Of a stretch of 64,000 bases of DNA, positions 39,098-49,122 are shown one piece after another. The translations under genes and the position numbers were made by a program. The notes below the pieces were generated by a model. The model was not told the DNA's origin and made no database searches. It saw only the letters and a list, made by a program, of their open reading frames with translations. Position 1 is the stretch's first letter; each line of letters starts with the position of its first letter. Origin of the DNA: Planctomycetota bacterium (GTDB lineage Bacteria; Planctomycetota; UBA1135; UBA2386); NCBI GenBank assembly GCA_046290465.1, contig JBKAGP010000001.1, positions 3,232,001-3,296,000 of the forward strand, in the 5' to 3' direction.

Positions 39098-40939
39098 CTA
39101 CCGCTTCCGCGGCTCGGTCTCGCGCACCGTCACGCGTTCGTCGACAGCCAACGCGAACTCCTCCGAACGGCCGCCGTCCCAGGTCAGCTCGACCCGCTGC
39201 CGCACGCCCTCGACCGGCACGAACGGAATCACGACCCGCCCCTCGGCGTCGGTCCGCAGTCCCTGCCAATGCATGCGCGTGGTCGCGCGCAGACCCTGCA
39301 TGATCGAGCCGACCGCATCCTTGGTGCCGCGCGTGGTCGTGCCGCGCGAGCGCACGCGCGCGCCGGGGACCGGCCTGCCATCGGCGCCGCGCAGCGTCAC
39401 GGTCGTGCGCGCCAGCGGCCGCAGGTTCATCTCGAGACGGCCACCGGTCCGGCCGACCTCGAGCCGATCGCCGCCGAAGCCCTCGTCGGTCACGACCACG
39501 ACGACCCAGTTGCCCGGCTGCATGCGCAGCGACGCCTGGCCGCGTTCGTCGAGCGGCACCCGCAGCAGCGAGTCGCGCAGCAGCACGCCACTGCGGTCGG
39601 CCGACGACACGAACGCCACGCCGCCGCGCGCCGGCCCACCGAGCGCGTCGAGCACCTGCAGCTCGACCCCACCGAAGCCGATCGGATCGGCGGTGCCGAC
39701 CCGCGCCACGACGTCGTCGGGCAGCGCGCGGCTCGCCTCGGGCGGATAGACCGGCGGCTGCCAGCCACTGCCCGCGGGCGGCAGGAACGACAGCCGGCAC
39801 GAGTGCAGCTCGGTCGGCACGTCGGCGAACGCGAACGAACCGTCCGCCTGCACCTCGGCGGTGAACACGCGCGCGTCGTGCAGGTAGCTGTTGCGCTGCA
39901 GGTGCAGCTTGCAGATCGCGGCGAGGTGCGCGACCGTCCCCGGCGGTGCCGCCGGCACCGACCCGCGCAGCGGTTCGACCGGGAAGCACTCGAAGCGCAG
40001 CTCGTCGCCGTCGATGCGCGGCACCTTGTGGTCGCTGACGTAGAACGCGTGGTTCCAGACGCCGCCCGCGACCGCCGGCCGATCGCCGCTCTCGACGAAC
40101 AGCAGCAGGTTCTCGCGCGCATCGCGCAACGGGTCGCCGTCGTACGGCACCACGACTTCGCAACGACCGTCGTCGCCGGTCGCGCCGAGCAGCCGCATGC
40201 GGTCCTGCCCGACCGAGCGCAGGCCGTCGACGCGCCAGCTGGTCCGTCGGCCGACGCGATGCCAGACCCTGGCGCCGGCGAGCGGGTCGCCGTTCTCGTC
40301 GACGGCGAGCACCGGCACCCGGCGCGGCGGCGGCAGCTCGAGGCGGGCCGCGACGCGCTGCTGCCACAGCGGCTGGCCGTCCGGCAGCCGCACCTCGAAG
40401 CGATCGAACGGCGCTCCCGGCGCTTCGAACGTGCCGTCCTCGCGGCGCAGAAGCTCGCGCTCGGTGCCGGGGATCGACGTCACCGCGAAGCAGCTCAGCG
40501 CACCGTGCTGCGACCACGCGTCGTCGCCGACCAGCTCGATCGAACCGGCCGGCGCCAGCGCGGCACAGCGCAGCTCGACCATCGCGCCGGCCGCGAAGTA
40601 GCCCTCGACCATCGAGCGCGCCCGCGCGCCGTCCTCCGCGCCGGTGACGGCCCACGCGACGTAGCAGAGGCCGGGCTGCAGGCGGGCGATGCAGCGACCG
40701 CGATCGTCGCTGTCGACCTCGGTCACGTGCACGTCCTGCAGGGCGGGCGACAGGTGCGGGTGGCCGCCGACGAACGTCACGGTCGCGCGCAGCGGCGCGC
40801 CGTCCGCATCGAGCACCCGCGCGAAGGTCGGCCGCGACCGCTGCTGGGCCAGCGACGCGACCGCGATCGCGGCGATCGCAGTGGCGAAGCGCGCAAGGCG
40901 CGACGACAGCGGCAGGCGAACGGTCGGGGGCGGCGGCAT
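39098..40939 (-). CDS. Secreted hypothetical protein with carboxypeptidase-regulatory-like beta repeats
   Basis: Repeated VLDADGAPL / VDENGDPLAGARV / GADGRPVPGARV..TDAEGR modules. Confidence 0.65.
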   Translation of the reverse strand: MPPPPTVRLPLSSRLARFATAIAAIAVASLAQQRSRPTFARVLDADGAPLRATVTFVGGHPHLSPALQDVHVTEVDSDDRGRCIARLQPGLCYVAWAVTGAEDGARARSMVEGYFAAGAMVELRCAALAPAGSIELVGDDAWSQHGALSCFAVTSIPGTERELLRREDGTFEAPGAPFDRFEVRLPDGQPLWQQRVAARLELPPPRRVPVLAVDENGDPLAGARVWHRVGRRTSWRVDGLRSVGQDRMRLLGATGDDGRCEVVVPYDGDPLRDARENLLLFVESGDRPAVAGGVWNHAFYVSDHKVPRIDGDELRFECFPVEPLRGSVPAAPPGTVAHLAAICKLHLQRNSYLHDARVFTAEVQADGSFAFADVPTELHSCRLSFLPPAGSGWQPPVYPPEASRALPDDVVARVGTADPIGFGGVELQVLDALGGPARGGVAFVSSADRSGVLLRDSLLRVPLDERGQASLRMQPGNWVVVVVTDEGFGGDRLEVGRTGGRLEMNLRPLARTTVTLRGADGRPVPGARVRSRGTTTRGTKDAVGSIMQGLRATTRMHWQGLRTDAEGRVVIPFVPVEGVRQRVELTWDGGRSEEFALAVDERVTVRETEPRKR

Positions 40940-41023
40940 GGCGGTCACGGCGGACGACGGATACGTCACCCTACCGCGCCCGTTGGCCACCGCGGCGCAT
41001 TCCCGCGAATTGCGCGGCGCGCC

Positions 41024-42454
41024 TCAGCGCGCCGCCGCCTCCGGCAGGCCGCCGCCGAGCGCCTTGAACAGCGCGATCAGGTGGCCGGCGACCGCCGCGT
41101 CACTGCTCGCGAGGTCGTCCTCGACGGTCGCGACCACGCGCTCCGAGTCGAGCACGGCCTGGAAGTCCGACAGCCCTTCGCGGTACTGCGTGCGCGCCAG
41201 CTCGGACGCCCGGCGGGCCTCGGCGGCGGCCGCCGCCAGCGCGGCGCGACGTTCGCGCTCGTGCACCAACGACGCCATCGCGTTCTCCGCCTCCTCGACG
41301 GCCAGCCGCACCGTCTGCTCGAAGTCGACGCGCGCCGCCTCGGCGGTCGCCTGTTGCGCCAGCACCCGCTGCTTCAGGCGATCGCCGTCCAGCAGGTTCC
41401 AGCTGACCGACGGGCCGAACCCGGACACGTCGCTGCTGCTGTCGAACAGGTCCTTGGCGGTGTTGGCGGCCAGACCGATCTGGCCGCTCAACGTGAACCG
41501 CGGGTAGCGCTCGGCATCGACGGCGCCGACGCGCGCGACCTCGGCGGCGAACGCGCGCTCGGCGCGGCGCACGTCGGGTCGGCGACGCAGCAGGTCGGCC
41601 GGCGCCCCCACCGCGATCTTCGCCGGGATCCCCGGCATGCGCGCCGCCTCCGCGGAGCCGAGCAGGTCGGCCGGCAGCGCGTCGGGCGCGCCGCCGAGCA
41701 GCGTCGCCAACCGGTTGCCCGCGGTCACGGCCGCGGCCTCCAGCTGCGGCAGGCGCGAGCGGGTCGTCTCGACGTTGGTGCGCGCCTGCGCGACGTCGCG
41801 TTCGCCGACCAGCCCCGCCGACAGGCGGGCCTGCACCAGTCCGAGCGTCTGCTCCTGCAGTTCGAGGTTGGCGCGACCGATCGTCAGCCGCCGCTGCGCC
41901 GCGCGCAGGTCGACATCGGTGCGCGCGACCTCGGCCGCGACGCTGAGCGCCGCCCCCTGCAGGTCGAACGTGCTGGCCTGCAGGTCGGCGTCGGCCGCCT
42001 CGACCGAGCGACGCACCCGCCCCCACAGATCCAGTTCCCAGGCCGCGTCGAGGGTGATCTGGTGGATGTCGGTCCGCGGGATGAACGCGCCGAACGGCGT
42101 GTTGCGGCTCTCGCGGCGATACGTGTAGGAGCCGTTGGCGTCGACCTGCGGCCAGCGATCGGCCTTGGCGATGCCGAGCTGCGCCCGGGTCGCATCGAGC
42201 CGCGCGAAGCTCGCCCGCAGGTCGAGGTTCTGGCGCAGCGCCTGCTCGACCAGTTCGCCGAGCAGCGGATCGTCGAACGTGCGCCACCAGGCGTCGTCAC
42301 GGACCGGCCCCGGATCGAGCACCGCGTCGTCCGCGCCGCGCCAGGCGGTCGGCATCTCCAGCTCGGGATGCTGGTATTCGGGACCGACCGCGCAGGCGGC
42401 CAACAGCGCCGCCGTCAGCAGCGCGGCGCGCGTAGGAAGCAGGGGATGGCTCAT
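41024..42454 (-). CDS. RND efflux outer-membrane lipoprotein (NodT/OprM family)
   Basis: Lipobox LAAC, VGPEY, WWRTFDDP, WELDLWGR, LLRRRPDVR and LFKALGGG motifs. Confidence 0.93.
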   Translation of the reverse strand: MSHPLLPTRAALLTAALLAACAVGPEYQHPELEMPTAWRGADDAVLDPGPVRDDAWWRTFDDPLLGELVEQALRQNLDLRASFARLDATRAQLGIAKADRWPQVDANGSYTYRRESRNTPFGAFIPRTDIHQITLDAAWELDLWGRVRRSVEAADADLQASTFDLQGAALSVAAEVARTDVDLRAAQRRLTIGRANLELQEQTLGLVQARLSAGLVGERDVAQARTNVETTRSRLPQLEAAAVTAGNRLATLLGGAPDALPADLLGSAEAARMPGIPAKIAVGAPADLLRRRPDVRRAERAFAAEVARVGAVDAERYPRFTLSGQIGLAANTAKDLFDSSSDVSGFGPSVSWNLLDGDRLKQRVLAQQATAEAARVDFEQTVRLAVEEAENAMASLVHERERRAALAAAAAEARRASELARTQYREGLSDFQAVLDSERVVATVEDDLASSDAAVAGHLIALFKALGGGLPEAAAR

Positions 42455-45400
42455 GCGAACTCCTCCACCAGCTCGCCGCTGGCGAGCCCATCGGTTTCGT
42501 CGGCGCGGGCCGCCACCTTCTGGTGGTCGGTCGCGAGCAGCAGGTAGAAGATCGGCACGATGAACAGCGTGAACACGGTGCCGATCGCCATGCCGGCGAC
42601 CAGCACGATGCCGATGCTGTTGCGCGCCGCCGCGCCGGGCCCCGCCACGAACACCAGCAGCACGTGGCCGAAGATCGTCGCCGCGGTGGTCATCAACACC
42701 GGCCGCAGACGCGTCGCGGCGGCCTCGCGGAGCGCCGCCAGCTTGTCCTTGCCGCGCTCCTGCAGCGTGTTGGCGAACTCGACGATCAGGATGCCGTTCT
42801 TGGCGATCAGTCCGACCAGCGTGATCAACCCGACCTGCGAGTAGACGTTGATGGTCGCGGTCGCCGCGGTCAACTGCACCTCGAGATACGGGAACAGCAG
42901 CGCCGCCGAGATCGTCAGCGGCACCGAACCGAGCAGCACGATCAGCGGATCGCGGAAGCTGCGGAACTGCGCGGCCAGCACCAGGTAGACCAGCAGGATC
43001 GCGAACGCGAACGTGGTGACCAGCGACGAGCTCTCGGCGCGGATCTGCCGCGACTCGCCGGCGTAGTCGAGCGTCACGCCCGGCCCGGCGACCGCCGCCG
43101 CCGCCTCTTCGAGCACGCGCAGACCTTCTTCCTTGGTGACGCCGGGAGCGAGCCCGCCGAACACCTTGACGGCGTTGCGCTGCTGGAAGCGGTTGAGCGT
43201 GCGCGGCGCGGCGACCGCCTCGATCGTCACGAACGACGACACCGGCACCAGGTCGCCCTGCGGCGTCTTGATCTTGAGGTCGAGCAGCGGGCCGACGGTG
43301 GCGCGGTCCTCGCGACCGATCTGCGGGATCACCTTGTAGCTGCGGTCGTGGTAGTTGAACCGGTTGACGTAGCCGCCACCGAGCAACGCGCCGAGCTCGC
43401 TGCCGACCGTTCGCAGGTCCATGCCGAGGTCGGCGACGCGTTCGCGGTCGACGCGCACGCGCGCCTCCGGACGGTCGATCTTCAGGTTGGTGTCGACGTA
43501 GAAGAACTTGCCGCTCTGCCAGCCGGCGCCGACCACGGCCATGGTCGTCTCCAGCAGCTGTTCGAGCGGCTGCGCGCTCTGCAGCACCAGCTCGACGTCG
43601 TGCTGGCCGGAGGTCGGCAGCGGCGGGTCGAGACGCGGGAAGACCCGCGCACCCGGCACCTGCGAGACCTTGCCGAACAGCTCGGGATACAGATCCCGCG
43701 TCGAGCGATCGCGCTCCTTCCAGTCCTTGGCCACCATGCCGCCGAAGCCGCCCCAGTCGGCGACCAGCGACCACATGAAGCGGGTCTCCGGCAACGTGTG
43801 CACCTGCTCGACGACCTGCCGCGACGCGTCGTCGACGGCCTCGAGGGTCGCGTCGGGCGCGACGTCGAAGAACAGGCTGACGTGGCTCTGGTCCTCGACC
43901 GGCGCCAGCTCGCGCTGCGAACCCTCGTAGAGCGGCCAGGCGGCCAGCGCGACCAGCGCGGCGGCGGCGACGACCGCCCAGCGGATCGCCAGCGCCGCGT
44001 CGAGCGCGCGCGTGTAGGCGCCGCGAAGCCGCACGAACACCGCGTCGACCAGCTTGCTGAGGCGCGGCTGGCGGCCGTGCGGCCGGACCATCCACGCGCT
44101 CATCACCGGCGACAGCGTGATCGCGACGAAGCCCGACACCAGCACGGCGGCGGCCAGCGTGATCGCGAACTCGAGGAACAGCGCGCCGGTCAGTCCGCCC
44201 TGGAAGCCGATCGGCGTGTAGACGGCGGCCAGCGTGATCGTCATCGCGATGATCGGACCGACCAGTTCGCGCGCGGCTTCGGCCGCGGCCTGCAGGCGCG
44301 ACTTGCCCATGCGCACGTGGCGTTCGACGTTCTCGACGACGACGATCGCGTCGTCGACGACCAGCCCGACCGACAGCACGATCGCGAGGATCGTCAGCAG
44401 GTTGAGCGAGAACCCGAACGCCGCCATCACGACCGCGGCGCCGATCAGCGACACCGGCATCGCGACCAGCGGCACCAGCGCGGTGCGCACCGAGCCGAGG
44501 AACAGGAACACGATCAGTCCGACGATCAGGATCGTCTCGATCAGCGTCCACGAGATCTCGGTCAGCGCGTCGCGCATGAACACCGTGCCGTCGTAGGCGA
44601 GGCGCATGTCGAAGTCCGGCGGCAGCGTCTCCTGCAGCTGCGCCATCTCGGCGACCAGCCGTTCCTGGACCTGGATCTCGTTGGCGCCGACCAGCGGCCA
44701 GACGCCGAGGTAGACCGACGGCGTCTGGTCGTACTTCGCCATGAACTGCGCCTCTTCGGCGTCGAGTTCGACCCTGGCGATGTCGCGCATGCGCACGATC
44801 GCGCCGCCGCGGTCGGCGACGATCAGTTCTTCGAACTGCTCGACGGTGCGCAGGTCGGTGTCCGCCAGCAGGTTGACCTGCACCAGGTTGCCCTTGGTCT
44901 GGCCGACCGCCGCGAGGTAGTTGTTGCGCTGGATCGCCGCGTAGACGTCGCCAGGCGCCAGGTTGACCGCCGCCAGCGCGTCCGGATCGATCCAGATGCG
45001 CATCGCCAGCGGCCGACCGCCCTCCTGGTTGGTGACCTTCTGCACCCCGTCGATCGTGGCCAGCTGCGGCTGCACCTCGCGGGTCAGGTAGTCGGTGATC
45101 TCGGCGAGGCTGCGCTGGTCGGACGTGAAGCTCAGGTAGAACGACGCATACGGCCGGTCGGCCCGCTGCACCGCCACCGACGGCGGCTCGGCCTCGGTCG
45201 GCAGTTCGCTGCGGACCTGCTGCAGCTGCGCCGTGACCTCGGCCAACGCGCGGGTCGTGTCGTAGCCGAGCTGCAGGCGGATCGTCACCGCGCTGAGCCC
45301 CTGGCGACTCTCGGACTCGACGTGGTCGACGCCGCCGATCGACGACACCGCCCGTTCGATCGGCGTGGTCAGGAAGCCGCGCACGGTCTCGGCGCTGGCG

Positions 45401-45561
45401 CCGGTGTAGACGGTGTTGACGAGGATCGACGCGCTGTCGAGCGACGGGTACTGCTGGACCGGCAGCGACGTCGCCACGCGCACGCCGACCAGGATCAGCG
45501 CGAGGTTGACGACCAGCGCCAGCACCGGGTGCCGGACGAAGATATCGGTTATGGATCGCAT
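42451..45561 (-). CDS. RND efflux permease (AcrB/MexI-like)
   Basis: 1036 aa; GLVVDDAIVVVEN, GLIAKNGILIVEFAN and RLRPVLMT motifs. Confidence 0.95.
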   Translation of the reverse strand: MRSITDIFVRHPVLALVVNLALILVGVRVATSLPVQQYPSLDSASILVNTVYTGASAETVRGFLTTPIERAVSSIGGVDHVESESRQGLSAVTIRLQLGYDTTRALAEVTAQLQQVRSELPTEAEPPSVAVQRADRPYASFYLSFTSDQRSLAEITDYLTREVQPQLATIDGVQKVTNQEGGRPLAMRIWIDPDALAAVNLAPGDVYAAIQRNNYLAAVGQTKGNLVQVNLLADTDLRTVEQFEELIVADRGGAIVRMRDIARVELDAEEAQFMAKYDQTPSVYLGVWPLVGANEIQVQERLVAEMAQLQETLPPDFDMRLAYDGTVFMRDALTEISWTLIETILIVGLIVFLFLGSVRTALVPLVAMPVSLIGAAVVMAAFGFSLNLLTILAIVLSVGLVVDDAIVVVENVERHVRMGKSRLQAAAEAARELVGPIIAMTITLAAVYTPIGFQGGLTGALFLEFAITLAAAVLVSGFVAITLSPVMSAWMVRPHGRQPRLSKLVDAVFVRLRGAYTRALDAALAIRWAVVAAAALVALAAWPLYEGSQRELAPVEDQSHVSLFFDVAPDATLEAVDDASRQVVEQVHTLPETRFMWSLVADWGGFGGMVAKDWKERDRSTRDLYPELFGKVSQVPGARVFPRLDPPLPTSGQHDVELVLQSAQPLEQLLETTMAVVGAGWQSGKFFYVDTNLKIDRPEARVRVDRERVADLGMDLRTVGSELGALLGGGYVNRFNYHDRSYKVIPQIGREDRATVGPLLDLKIKTPQGDLVPVSSFVTIEAVAAPRTLNRFQQRNAVKVFGGLAPGVTKEEGLRVLEEAAAAVAGPGVTLDYAGESRQIRAESSSLVTTFAFAILLVYLVLAAQFRSFRDPLIVLLGSVPLTISAALLFPYLEVQLTAATATINVYSQVGLITLVGLIAKNGILIVEFANTLQERGKDKLAALREAAATRLRPVLMTTAATIFGHVLLVFVAGPGAAARNSIGIVLVAGMAIGTVFTLFIVPIFYLLLATDHQKVAARADETDGLASGELVEEFA

Positions 45562-45572
45562 CGCTGGGGACC

Positions 45573-46736
45573 TCAGTTGGGCTTCTGGGCCATCTCGGGC
45601 GCAGTCGATTCGGGGCCAGTCGATGCAGAGCCAGTCGATTCAGGTGCGGCGAGCACGACCAACGCCCCCTGACGGAGCTTGAAGGAGCCGGTCGTCGCGA
45701 TCAGCTCACCCTCGTCGACGCCGCGTTCGATGACCACCAGGTCGCCGAGCACGGCACCGCTGGTGACGCGACGCATCGCCGCGCGCAGCTGGCCGCCATC
45801 GGCCTCCGCCACGACGAACACGCTGTTGCCCGCCGGGCCGCGCCGCAGCGCGCTGACCGGCACGACGACCACCTTTCGCGGTGCGGCGACCGGCACGCGC
45901 ACGCGCACCGACGCGCCGGGGCGCGGCATCGGGTCGACGCCCGCGAGCACGGCGCGGACCTGGCGGTTGCGGGTCGCGGCGTCGATGCGCGCGTCGAGCG
46001 CCTCGATGCGCGCACGCACCGGCTGCTCCCTCCCGCCGACGAACACCTCGATCTCGCCGTCGACGTGCAGCGCGCGGGCCACCTCCTGGGTCACGGGGAA
46101 GTCGCAGTGCACCGAGTCGGCGACGCCCTGCAGCGTCGTGATCTCGGTGCCGGGCTGCAGGTACTGGCCGACGTGCAGGTCGACCAGACCGACGACCGCG
46201 TCGAACGGCGCGCGCAGCCGCTTCTGCTCGATCAACGCCTCGAGCCGCTGCACGTTGGCCACGGCCATGTCCCGTTCGGCGCGGGCGCGGTCGACGTCGG
46301 CCTCGGGGGCGCCCTGCCGTTCGAGCGCGCGCTCCATGCGGCCGAGCATCGACTCGGCGAGTCGCGCCTCGGCCTGCAGCGCGGCCAGCTGCGCCTGCTC
46401 GACCGCGACGTCCATCTCGACCAGCAGGTCGCCGGCATCGACGCGCTGTCCGGTGCTCAGCTTGACCTGGCGCACGGTGCCGGCGAGTTCGTTGCGCAGC
46501 GTGATCGAACGCAGCGCGCGAACGGTGCCGATCGCGGAGCTGGTCTGCGTCCACTGCGTGGTCGTCGCAGGCTCGGCGCGGATCGCCTCGGCGGGTTCGG
46601 GTTGGGACGAAGCGGCGGCGGCGGCCGCTTCGCGCGCGCGCTGCTTGTAGAGCCAGGCGGCGTAGGCGGAACCGCCGACGGCGCCGAGCAGCAGCACGGC
46701 ACCGAGGACGGTGAGGAGGGTCTTCTTGGCAGACAT
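45573..46736 (-). CDS. RND efflux periplasmic adaptor (MFP)
   Basis: N-terminal TM, GQRVDAGDLL, LRAPFDAVVG, G.FKLRQG; first gene of the pump operon. Confidence 0.92.
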   Translation of the reverse strand: MSAKKTLLTVLGAVLLLGAVGGSAYAAWLYKQRAREAAAAAASSQPEPAEAIRAEPATTTQWTQTSSAIGTVRALRSITLRNELAGTVRQVKLSTGQRVDAGDLLVEMDVAVEQAQLAALQAEARLAESMLGRMERALERQGAPEADVDRARAERDMAVANVQRLEALIEQKRLRAPFDAVVGLVDLHVGQYLQPGTEITTLQGVADSVHCDFPVTQEVARALHVDGEIEVFVGGREQPVRARIEALDARIDAATRNRQVRAVLAGVDPMPRPGASVRVRVPVAAPRKVVVVPVSALRRGPAGNSVFVVAEADGGQLRAAMRRVTSGAVLGDLVVIERGVDEGELIATTGSFKLRQGALVVLAAPESTGSASTGPESTAPEMAQKPN

Positions 46737-46834
46737 GTTCGGGGCGTTCGGTCGGCAGCGGCGCTGCGCGTTCGGGTCGGATCGCGAAGGTGACGATCGA
46801 GGACGAAGGAAAGTGACAGGCGTTCGCGAAGGCC

Positions 46835-47437
46835 TCAGGTCTTGGGCCGCAACAGCGAGTCGAAGGCGAGGTCGAGGAAGTCGTCGAGCGGGGCCATGCT
46901 GTGCTCGACCTGCATGCGCATGGTCGCCCCCTCCCACAGCATCACGAGCAGCGAGGCGAGCCGTTCGGGCGTCTGGTCGGACCGGATGACGCCCAGGGCC
47001 TGGCCCTCGCGCACCGCGACGGCGAGCTGCGACGTCCACTCGCGGTAGGCGCGCTGCACGGCCTCCAGGACCGGTGCGCTGAGGTGCGCGGTCTCGAGCG
47101 CGAGCTTGGGGATCAGGCAGGTGCTGGTCGGCCCGAGCTCCGCGCATTCGGCGCGGATCGTCTCGAACACGCGCCGCAGGCGATCGACCGGCGGGGTGGC
47201 GGGGTCCGACACCAGCCCTTCGAGCTCCTCCAGGTGCTCCGCCGTGGCGCGCTCGACGAGCGCCACCCCGAACTCCTCCTTCGAACCGAAGTGGTGATAG
47301 AAGGAGCCTTTGGGGACACCGGCGTGCTGCAGGACCTCGTTCAGGCCGCACGCGTGGAAGCCCTTCTTGGTGAACAGCTCCGCGCCGGCCTCGAGCAGCC
47401 GGGTGCGGGTATCGGGTTCTCGGGATGCGGGGGTCAT
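46835..47437 (-). CDS. TetR family regulator, NemR-like
   Basis: GLNEVLQHAGVPKGSFYHHFGSKEEFG and CLIPKLALE, which carries the Cys equivalent to the NemR redox-sensing Cys. Confidence 0.88.
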   Translation of the reverse strand: MTPASREPDTRTRLLEAGAELFTKKGFHACGLNEVLQHAGVPKGSFYHHFGSKEEFGVALVERATAEHLEELEGLVSDPATPPVDRLRRVFETIRAECAELGPTSTCLIPKLALETAHLSAPVLEAVQRAYREWTSQLAVAVREGQALGVIRSDQTPERLASLLVMLWEGATMRMQVEHSMAPLDDFLDLAFDSLLRPKT

Positions 47438-47452
47438 GGGAGCAATGGGGCG

Positions 47453-47491
47453 AGACCGACCGGTCGGTCTAATATTGGACCGACTGGTCTA
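47453..47491. promoter_or_regulatory. Tandem NemR-box-like operators
   Basis: AGACCGACCGGTCGGTCT (perfect palindrome, 47453-70) and TGGACCGACTGGTCTA (47476-91), immediately upstream of the TetR start. Confidence 0.8.
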
Positions 47492-47600
47492 ATCCAACGC
47501 GCCGACAGACCAAGGCCCGAGCCGAAGAAATCTGCGCAGCCGGGAGAGATCCCACGTGCGCGCCCTCCAGTCCGCCCCCCGTCGTGCCGATGCCACCGGC

Positions 47601-48092
47601 ATGACGACGCGTGTGTCGATACTGCTGCTGCTCGCCATCCCCGCCGCCTGCACCGGCGCCGACGCCGACGCCGACCGCGCCGCGCGGGCGTTCGCGAGCT
47701 TCCAGTCGGCGCTGCAGACCCGCGACGAGCCGGGCTGCCGGTCGCTGCTGACCAGCGAGTCCCGGCAGGCGCTCGCCGACCTGCCGTGGGACCGACTGGC
47801 CGGGCGGCAACCGCTGCAGGTGCGCGGCGCCCGCCGCGTCGCCAACGGCTGCGAGTACCTGGTCGACGTGACCGACCCCAACGAGGCCGACCAGGCGGGC
47901 CAGTTCGTCGTCGTGCGCGAACACGGTCGCTTCGTCGTCGACCTCGTCGCCAGCGCCGGGCTGACCGCGCAGACGATCGAAGCCAGCGGCAGCCGCGAGG
48001 AGTTCACACCGACGCCGCTGCAGCCCGCCGACTTCGATCGCATCCGCGAGTACGAGCTGAGCCAGCCGCCGGCGAATCCTCGCGGGAACTGA
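47601..48092 (+). CDS. Hypothetical lipoprotein
   Basis: Signal MTTRVSILLLLAIPAAC; GC3-biased codons. Confidence 0.65.
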   Translation: MTTRVSILLLLAIPAACTGADADADRAARAFASFQSALQTRDEPGCRSLLTSESRQALADLPWDRLAGRQPLQVRGARRVANGCEYLVDVTDPNEADQAGQFVVVREHGRFVVDLVASAGLTAQTIEASGSREEFTPTPLQPADFDRIREYELSQPPANPRGN

Positions 48093-48133
48093 TGCAGGCC
48101 GAGCCGTAGCACGGCTACGCTTCAGCCTCAGCC

Positions 48134-49072
48134 ATGACGGAAACTCGTAAGACCCTGATCCTCGGTTCCGGCCCCGCCGGCTACACCGCCGCCATCTACG
48201 CTGCCCGTGCCAACCTCGAGCCGATCCTGCTCGCCGGCAACCAGCCGGGTGGCCAGCTGACGATCACGAACGACGTCGAGAACTACCCGGGCTACCCCAA
48301 CGGCATCATGGGCCCGGAGATGATGCAGCACTTCCGCGATCAGGCGGCCCGCTTCGGCACCGAGATCCACGACGTGATGGCCAACAAGGTCGACCTGAGC
48401 AAGCGGCCGTTCACCGTCGAGACCGAGAACGGCGAGACCTACCAGTCCGAGACGCTGATCATCTCGACCGGCGCCAGCGCGCTCTACCTCGGCCTCGAGA
48501 ACGAGACCAAGCTGCAGGGCCGCGGCGTCTCGGCGTGCGCGACCTGCGACGGCTTCTTCTTCAAGAACAAGCACGTCTACGTGGTCGGTGGCGGTGACAC
48601 CGCGTGCGAGGAGGCGACGTTCTTGACCAAGTACGCGAGCAAGGTGTCGATGGTCGTTCGCCGCGACCAGATGCGCGCTTCGAAGATCATGCAGGACCGC
48701 GCGCTGAAGCACGACAAGATCGAGGTGCTGTGGGAGACGCAGGTCACCGACGTGCTCGACGTCGAGAAGGGCCGCGTCACCGGCCTCGAGTTGACCAGCA
48801 GCAAGACCGGCGACAAGCGCGAGGTCGAGGCGGACGGCCTGTTCCTCGCGATCGGCCACAAGCCCAACACCGAGCTGTTCCAGGGCGTGCTCGACATGGA
48901 CGACGTCGGCTACCTGAAGACCGAGCCCGGCAAGACCGCGATGAACATCCCCGGCGTGTTCGCCGCCGGCGACTGCCAGGACAGCTACTACCGCCAGGCG
49001 GTCACCGCCGCGGGCACCGGCTGCATGGCCGCGATCGAGGCCGAGCGCTGGCTCGAAGAGCAGCACGGCTAG
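48134..49072 (+). CDS. trxB: Thioredoxin reductase
   Basis: GSGPAGYTAAIY, GGQL, VENYPG, CATCDG, GGGDTA, GVFAAGD and RQAVTAAG motifs. Confidence 0.97.
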   Translation: MTETRKTLILGSGPAGYTAAIYAARANLEPILLAGNQPGGQLTITNDVENYPGYPNGIMGPEMMQHFRDQAARFGTEIHDVMANKVDLSKRPFTVETENGETYQSETLIISTGASALYLGLENETKLQGRGVSACATCDGFFFKNKHVYVVGGGDTACEEATFLTKYASKVSMVVRRDQMRASKIMQDRALKHDKIEVLWETQVTDVLDVEKGRVTGLELTSSKTGDKREVEADGLFLAIGHKPNTELFQGVLDMDDVGYLKTEPGKTAMNIPGVFAAGDCQDSYYRQAVTAAGTGCMAAIEAERWLEEQHG

Positions 49073-49122
49073 GACCTGCTGCGGGAAGGCGGCGTGTACG
49101 CGTGCGGACGGGGCTTTGCCGG

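Noticed and set aside
42455..44551. N-terminal extension of the 1175-aa OMF ORF
   Set aside because: It overlaps the RND permease out of frame. The lipoprotein signal begins at 42454.
38099..45672. Very long + strand ORFs (1482 aa, 1049 aa)
   Set aside because: They are antisense shadows of clear minus-strand genes in high-GC DNA, Arg/Ala-rich with no motifs.
37012..49072. Additional selenoproteins among the redox genes (DCC1-like protein, TrxB)
   Set aside because: Their CxxC motifs use ordinary TGC codons. No other convincing in-frame TGA was found in the gaps examined.
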